From Ruminococcus sp. (GTDB taxonomy: Bacteria; Bacillota; Clostridia; Oscillospirales; Acutalibacteraceae): a DNA stretch of 64,000 nt. Location of the stretch: NCBI GenBank assembly GCA_017384945.1, contig JAFNSO010000027.1:2931-66930 (forward strand). Direction: 5' to 3'. Shown here piece after piece: positions 59,476-64,000 of the stretch (within the stretch, counting starts at the first letter, position 1; each line of letters opens with the position of its first letter). A program made the translations under genes and the position numbers. Under the pieces are notes generated by a model that worked only from the letters and a program-made list of their open reading frames with translations, searched no databases and was not told the origin of the DNA.

Positions 59476-59907
59476 CTAAAACAGGTCGTCCTCGTCCGCT
59501 GTTTCAGCCTCAACGTCGTAGTGGACCTCGTTTTTCTTGTCCTTTTTGAACAGCGAGGTCACCTTGTCGACGAGCTCGGGCATCATACCGACAACTCTGT
59601 CGGCGGCGCCGTCGTACTTGTCGAGTGAAATAAGCTTAACGTTGCCCTTGTAGACGGTCAGAAACGCGACGGGCTGGATCGTAACGCCCGCTCCGCTTCC
59701 GCCGCCGAAGCAGTCCTTGTTTTCCTTTTTTGTCGGAAAATCGGAGCCGCCCGAGGCAAAGCCGTAGGTCACCTTTGAAACTGGGATTATTATTGTACCC
59801 TCGGGAGATGTAATCGGGTCGCCGATAATGGTGTTGACGTCGACCATCTCCTTGATTTTTTCCATTGTTGTGTCCATTAATCCGTTGATTGGATGTTGTT
59901 CACTCAT
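59476..59907 (-). CDS. ytfJ: Sporulation protein YtfJ/GerW
   Basis: VDVNTIIGDPI, PVSKV.YGFASGG, FGGGSGAG. Confidence 0.92.
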   Translation of the reverse strand: MSEQHPINGLMDTTMEKIKEMVDVNTIIGDPITSPEGTIIIPVSKVTYGFASGGSDFPTKKENKDCFGGGSGAGVTIQPVAFLTVYKGNVKLISLDKYDGAADRVVGMMPELVDKVTSLFKKDKKNEVHYDVEAETADEDDLF

Positions 59908-59910
59908 AAT

Positions 59911-60591
59911 TTATCTCCTATCCTTATCCGTTTTCGGCGGATTTTTCTTTTGCTTTTTGGGTTTCGCCTTGAGGAAGAGCATTAACGCCGCGAACGCCTT
60001 TGACAATACGGTTGTGAGGATAAAGATTATTCTTATCCTCGCGGTGACGACGGCGTATGCCCGATTGACCGCGTCGGCGGTGAAATCGGGGTCGACGCTT
60101 ACGTCGTAGTCCTCGATGTTAACAACCTGCATTATCGCTCTGAGCGCGGGAAAGAACACCGCGCACACCTTGCCGTATTTCTCACCCGCGTCGGCTGAGT
60201 CCTCGCCCGCGATTTTGAGCAGGATTTTCAGCTCGGTCACGTGGAGATGACGGAACAACCCCTTTAGTATTCCCGACGCAAGCTTCGCGACGCGCTTAAA
60301 AATATTCACAAGCCCCGAAATTCCCTTTTGCTTAACATAGGCTTTCAGGTCAAAGGAGCTTTTCTCCTTTTTTTCGGGCTTTTTTTGTTTTTTCTCCTTG
60401 GGCTTTTCCTTCTGCTTTTGCTTTTTCTTCTTCTTTTTCTTTGGCTTTGGGGGCAAAATCTGAAATTTCAGAAACGCCGCCTTTACAACAAGGCTCGGGC
60501 TCTCGTCATACACGAAATACACCCAAATATTAAAAAGCGTCAGCAAAAACAGCAGAAGCAGTACGCCCAGAATTATATACAACGCGAGCAT
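59911..60591 (-). CDS. DUF2953 (YtfI-like) protein
   Basis: N-terminal TM, Lys-rich tract, DSA..G..YG, PDF; adjacent to ytfJ. Confidence 0.75.
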   Translation of the reverse strand: MLALYIILGVLLLLFLLTLFNIWVYFVYDESPSLVVKAAFLKFQILPPKPKKKKKKKQKQKEKPKEKKQKKPEKKEKSSFDLKAYVKQKGISGLVNIFKRVAKLASGILKGLFRHLHVTELKILLKIAGEDSADAGEKYGKVCAVFFPALRAIMQVVNIEDYDVSVDPDFTADAVNRAYAVVTARIRIIFILTTVLSKAFAALMLFLKAKPKKQKKNPPKTDKDRR

Positions 60592-60592
60592 A

Positions 60593-61177
60593 TCATTCTG
60601 TTGCCTTTTCGATTACTTCCTCAACAGTCATCTGAACGTCGCCGCTCTCTTCGTCGGGCTTTGAGTCGTCCTCGGGAAGCGGCGGAAGCTCCTCGATCGA
60701 GGAGATATTAAAGCACCTCAAAAAGTTCTCGGTCGTACCGTAAATAAGCGGTCTGCCGGGGAGTTCGAGTCTGCCCTTTTCCTCAATCAGGTCCTTGGAG
60801 GTCAGCGAGCCGATTACACCCGAGCAGTCGACGCCTCTGATTTGCTCGACAAACGACTTTGTGACGGGCTGGTTATAGGCGATTACAGCCAAAACCTCGA
60901 GCGCCGCCTGCGAAAGCGGGGTATTCCGTCTCAAATCCATCACGGTGCGTATCTGCGGCGCGTACTCCTTGACGCTGACCATCTGATAACTGTCCTTTAG
61001 CTTTATGATAGTAATTCCCCGATTTGAGCTTTGATATTCATTTTTCAGCTCCTCGAGGTGTTCCTTTGCCTCCGACTCGGAAATCTCGAGCGCGGCGGCA
61101 ATTCTGGACGGCTCAACCGAGGAGCCGTTCGCGAAAAGAATCGCCTCGATAGCGGGATTTATTTTTTCTGCGTTCAT
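60593..61177 (-). CDS. scpB: SMC-Scp complex subunit
   Basis: LSQAALEVLAVIAYNQPVT, PGRP..YGTT..FL. Confidence 0.95.
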   Translation of the reverse strand: MNAEKINPAIEAILFANGSSVEPSRIAAALEISESEAKEHLEELKNEYQSSNRGITIIKLKDSYQMVSVKEYAPQIRTVMDLRRNTPLSQAALEVLAVIAYNQPVTKSFVEQIRGVDCSGVIGSLTSKDLIEEKGRLELPGRPLIYGTTENFLRCFNISSIEELPPLPEDDSKPDEESGDVQMTVEEVIEKATE

Positions 61178-61893
61178 CTTTTACCCTCCAGCATATAGAC
61201 CTGCGCGTCGTCGCCGTCGCCTTCGATTCTGACCCTCTTGCCCTTTACGAGCTCGAGTACGGCGAGAAAGGTCGCGACAAGCTCGCTTCGCTCGTTGGCG
61301 GCGGTAAACAGCTCGTGGTAACGAACCCTTTTACCGTGCCACAGCTTTCGCATAACAGTGATTATCCTCGCGTTGACCGAGACGATTTTACGCTCGATGA
61401 TCCCCGAGAACGCCGACTGAGGCGGCGGGAGCTTTCGCTTTCCCCTGCCGACGGCGTCGATATAGCCCTTGACGATGTCGGAGGGGTCGTGCCTGCGGTT
61501 GTAGGTCAAGTCAAATTTCACGGGAGAAGCGTCCTTGTAAAAGGTGTCGAAGTCGTAGATTTTGCTCATTTTCTCGGCGATTTGCTTAGTGAGCTGATAC
61601 TCAATGAGCTGTCCCGAGAGCTCCTTCTTGAGCTCCTCAGCCTCGTCCTCGTATTTCGGAAGGAGCATAGCGGATTTGATATACACAAGCCTCGACGCCA
61701 TCGCCAGAAACTCGGAGGCTATGTCCATCTGATTCTCGCGCATACGCTGAATCTGCTCCATATACTGCTCCAGAAGCTCGGAAATCTGAATGTCGTAGAT
61801 GTTTATTTTATTTTTGGATATCAAGGTCAGCAGCAAATCAAGCGGGCCCTCAAAGGACTCCAGCTTGTAGCTGAGCTGAGGTATTGTTTCCAT
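61174..61893 (-). CDS. scpA: Segregation/condensation protein A
   Basis: FEGPLDLLL, FLAVLEL. Confidence 0.95.
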   Translation of the reverse strand: METIPQLSYKLESFEGPLDLLLTLISKNKINIYDIQISELLEQYMEQIQRMRENQMDIASEFLAMASRLVYIKSAMLLPKYEDEAEELKKELSGQLIEYQLTKQIAEKMSKIYDFDTFYKDASPVKFDLTYNRRHDPSDIVKGYIDAVGRGKRKLPPPQSAFSGIIERKIVSVNARIITVMRKLWHGKRVRYHELFTAANERSELVATFLAVLELVKGKRVRIEGDGDDAQVYMLEGKR

Positions 61894-61909
61894 AAATTAA
61901 ATTTCCTTT

Positions 61910-62584
61910 TTAGAAAAATGAGAACGGTAAAGCGGTCAGCCAAGAAATGAACTGTCCGAGCAAAGAGCTGAAATATCCTATCGGAAGGATGTCAAACCAA
62001 ACAAGAATCAAAATAACGCCGAAGAAGATGTTTTCGTACTTATACAGGGTGTAGACCCACTTGTCGGGCAAAAACATAAACAGAATCTTTGAGCCGTCGA
62101 GCGGAGGAATCGGCATCAGGTTGAACACCGCGAGAGTGATGTTGAGCTCGATATAGTAAACAAAAAACAATAGCACGTAATTTCCGAACTGCGAAAGCAA
62201 AAACGCCGAACAGAAGGTAATAAGCGCGTTGAGAATCAGTCCGCCGACGATCGCCGCGACTAAATTGGCAACGGGACCCGCGAGGGCGGTGATTCCCATT
62301 CCGATTTTGGGATTCTTGAAATTGCGGTCGTCGATCGGCACAGGCTTTGCCCAGCCGAAGCCAATCAGAAGAATCATCAGCGCGCCGACGGGGTCTATGT
62401 GTTCAATCGGGTTGAGCGTCAGTCTTTTGCGGTATTTTACGCTTGTATCACCCAGCTTGTAGGCTGTAAAGGCGTGAGCCCACTCGTGGAAGGGCATAAC
62501 AAGAAAAATTACGACAAGCGAGGCGAGAATATCCACCACCGCGGTAGTGAAATCGAGTCGTCCCGAAAGCAAGGATATGAGCAT
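61910..62584 (-). CDS. Site-2 protease (M50) family protein
   Basis: HEWAH, AGP, FNLMPIPPLDG. Confidence 0.92.
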   Translation of the reverse strand: MLISLLSGRLDFTTAVVDILASLVVIFLVMPFHEWAHAFTAYKLGDTSVKYRKRLTLNPIEHIDPVGALMILLIGFGWAKPVPIDDRNFKNPKIGMGITALAGPVANLVAAIVGGLILNALITFCSAFLLSQFGNYVLLFFVYYIELNITLAVFNLMPIPPLDGSKILFMFLPDKWVYTLYKYENIFFGVILILVWFDILPIGYFSSLLGQFISWLTALPFSFF

Positions 62585-62704
62585 AGCGCTACTCCCCTAT
62601 TCTAAAATGTAATTAAAATTATTATACTACAGAAAGGATAAAAAAACAAGGCTTTTTGACAAGGGAGCAAAATTTGAAAAATTCAAAAAATTTCCCAAAA
62701 ACAC

Positions 62705-62733
62705 TTGCATTTTTTCTCGATATCATTTATAAT
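62705..62733 (+). promoter_or_regulatory. Sigma-A promoter of rpmB
   Basis: TTGCAT-17-TATAAT. Confidence 0.7.
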
Positions 62734-62791
62734 ACAATAGTTAAGTTTATGAATTATAATAAATTTGTATGTCATAAGGAGGTGCGGACAC

Positions 62792-62980
62792 ATGGCAAAG
62801 TGTGATTTCTGCGGTAAGGGTGTAACTTTCGGAATCAAGGTTTCTCACTCACACAGACGTTCAAACAGAACTTGGAAGCCCAACGTTCAGAGAGTAAAGG
62901 CTATCGTCGACGGCTCTCCTAAGCACGTTTACGCTTGCACAAGATGCTTGCGTTCAGGCAAGGTTGAGCGCGCCGTATAA
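62792..62980 (+). CDS. rpmB: 50S ribosomal protein L28 (Zn-binding CxxC form)
   Basis: MAKCDFCGK..VSHSHRRSNRTWKPNVQ..CTRCLRS; AGGAGG RBS. Confidence 0.97.
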   Translation: MAKCDFCGKGVTFGIKVSHSHRRSNRTWKPNVQRVKAIVDGSPKHVYACTRCLRSGKVERAV

Positions 62981-62995
62981 TCTTTTAAAAAAATT

Positions 62996-63017
62996 ATCCC
63001 CCGAGTTTCGGGGGATT
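62996..63017. terminator. Bidirectional terminator after rpmB
   Basis: ATCCCCCGA / TCGGGGGAT with A- and T-tracts. Confidence 0.85.
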
Positions 63018-63039
63018 TTTTCTTTTCCTTATTCAAAAA

Positions 63040-64000
63040 CTATCTAAGCTTAATCTTAACTGTCTTTATCAACGTTTTAGGCTTATATTTTGAATTACCT
63101 TTAGCTGTAATTCCAACTTTGATTTTGTATGTACCAACCTTTGCCTTTTTCCACTTCTTAATTGTGATAGCACCTTTTTTATTGATACTTACAAGCTTGC
63201 GGATTTTCTTTGTTATTCCGCTTTTTACTAATTTATAAGTGACCTTGCCTTGATTATTCTTAACCGTAATAACCTTAACCTCTTGCGTCTTTTTCTTGAG
63301 TTTTTTTGCCTTTATTGTTTTTGTCTTAACAGTCACATTAATAGGATTAGCCTTTTTCTTAACAGTAGGCTTTACAACTGTTGGAGTTGTTGGCTTATTC
63401 TCAGTAGGCTGAGGATTAATTACAATCGGATCTGTTTTAGCAGGTTCAGTCTGCTTATCTGTTGGTGGTTCGGTTACTGTAGGCTCATTTGTAACAGGTT
63501 CAGTAGGTTTATCTGTTGATGACTCTGTTGGATTGGTCGTAACAGGTTCAGTCGGTTTATCTGTTGTTACCTCTGTCGGCTCGGTTGTGACAGGTTCAGT
63601 TGGATTATCTGTTGATGACTCTGTCGGATTGGTCGTAACAGGTTCAGTCGGTTTATCTGTTGATGACTCTGTCGGATTGGTCGTAACAGGTTCGGTCGGC
63701 TTGTCAGTTGATGACTCTGTTGGATTGGTCGTAACAGGTTCGGTCGGCTTATCTGTTGTTGCCTCTGTCGGCTCGCTTGTAACAGGTTCAGTCGGCTTAT
63801 TTGCTGACGATTCTGTCGGCTCGGTCGTAACAGGTTCAGTTAGCTTATCTGTTGTTGGCTCTGTTGGTTCAGTTGAATTGTTATCGCTTGTAGTTTCTTC
63901 AATCTTGTCGTCAATATACTGATAATAATCAGGCTCGGCAGTAATAACGTACTGGCTATTTTTCAAAACATCTATTGCTCTCCACACAATTTCTTTTGTT
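63040..64000 (-). CDS. C-terminal part of a surface protein with Pro/Thr/Glu tandem repeats and a Lys-rich terminal domain (start outside the window)
   Basis: Frame stays open to the window end; repeats of TDKPTEPVTTNPTESS; basic tail KKKANPINVTVKTK...KIKLR. Confidence 0.85.
   Translation of the reverse strand, partial: TKEIVWRAIDVLKNSQYVITAEPDYYQYIDDKIEETTSDNNSTEPTEPTTDKLTEPVTTEPTESSANKPTEPVTSEPTEATTDKPTEPVTTNPTESSTDKPTEPVTTNPTESSTDKPTEPVTTNPTESSTDNPTEPVTTEPTEVTTDKPTEPVTTNPTESSTDKPTEPVTNEPTVTEPPTDKQTEPAKTDPIVINPQPTENKPTTPTVVKPTVKKKANPINVTVKTKTIKAKKLKKKTQEVKVITVKNNQGKVTYKLVKSGITKKIRKLVSINKKGAITIKKWKKAKVGTYKIKVGITAKGNSKYKPKTLIKTVKIKLR
63480..63870 (-). repeat. 48-bp coding tandem repeat (about 8 units)
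   Basis: Recurrent acaggttc(a/g)gtcgg..tatctgttgatgactctgt.gg unit. Confidence 0.9.

Overview
Mostly core chromosome of an Oscillospiraceae (Ruminococcus-like) gut or rumen Firmicute, inferred from R. bromii-style dockerins and the gene content. The left 14 kb is an accessory signalling and surface locus on the minus strand: a trypsin-TM-FHA protein, a PP2C phosphatase, a membrane Ser/Thr kinase, a small membrane protein with repeated (E/Q)T(T/S)VL motifs, a multi-TM protein, and a giant (>2600 aa) secreted Ig-repeat protein that runs off the window and is missing from the ORF track. Upstream lies a divergent phage-like XRE/Cro pair with no prophage. The remainder holds a ClpC/E ATPase, pgsA, an ECF module with truA, ruvCAB, cell-wall glycopolymer genes (O-antigen ligase, LCP, YfhO, GT2, LicD), a GH13-DUF1653 fusion, THF- and FMN-riboswitch-controlled ECF S-components, an amino-acid ABC transporter, two LRR-dockerin proteins (one inside an apparent deletion-fusion ORF), ackA/tmcAL, a transcarboxylase-like triplet, the scpAB-ytfJ-dac-rluB cluster, rpmB and the end of a low-GC Pro/Thr-repeat surface protein. 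An unassigned structured ~100-nt non-coding element occurs three times (once between ruvA and ruvB, twice in tandem upstream of the LCP gene). I found no tRNA, rRNA, CRISPR array or transposase. Family assignments rest on recognised motifs; no database searches were run.
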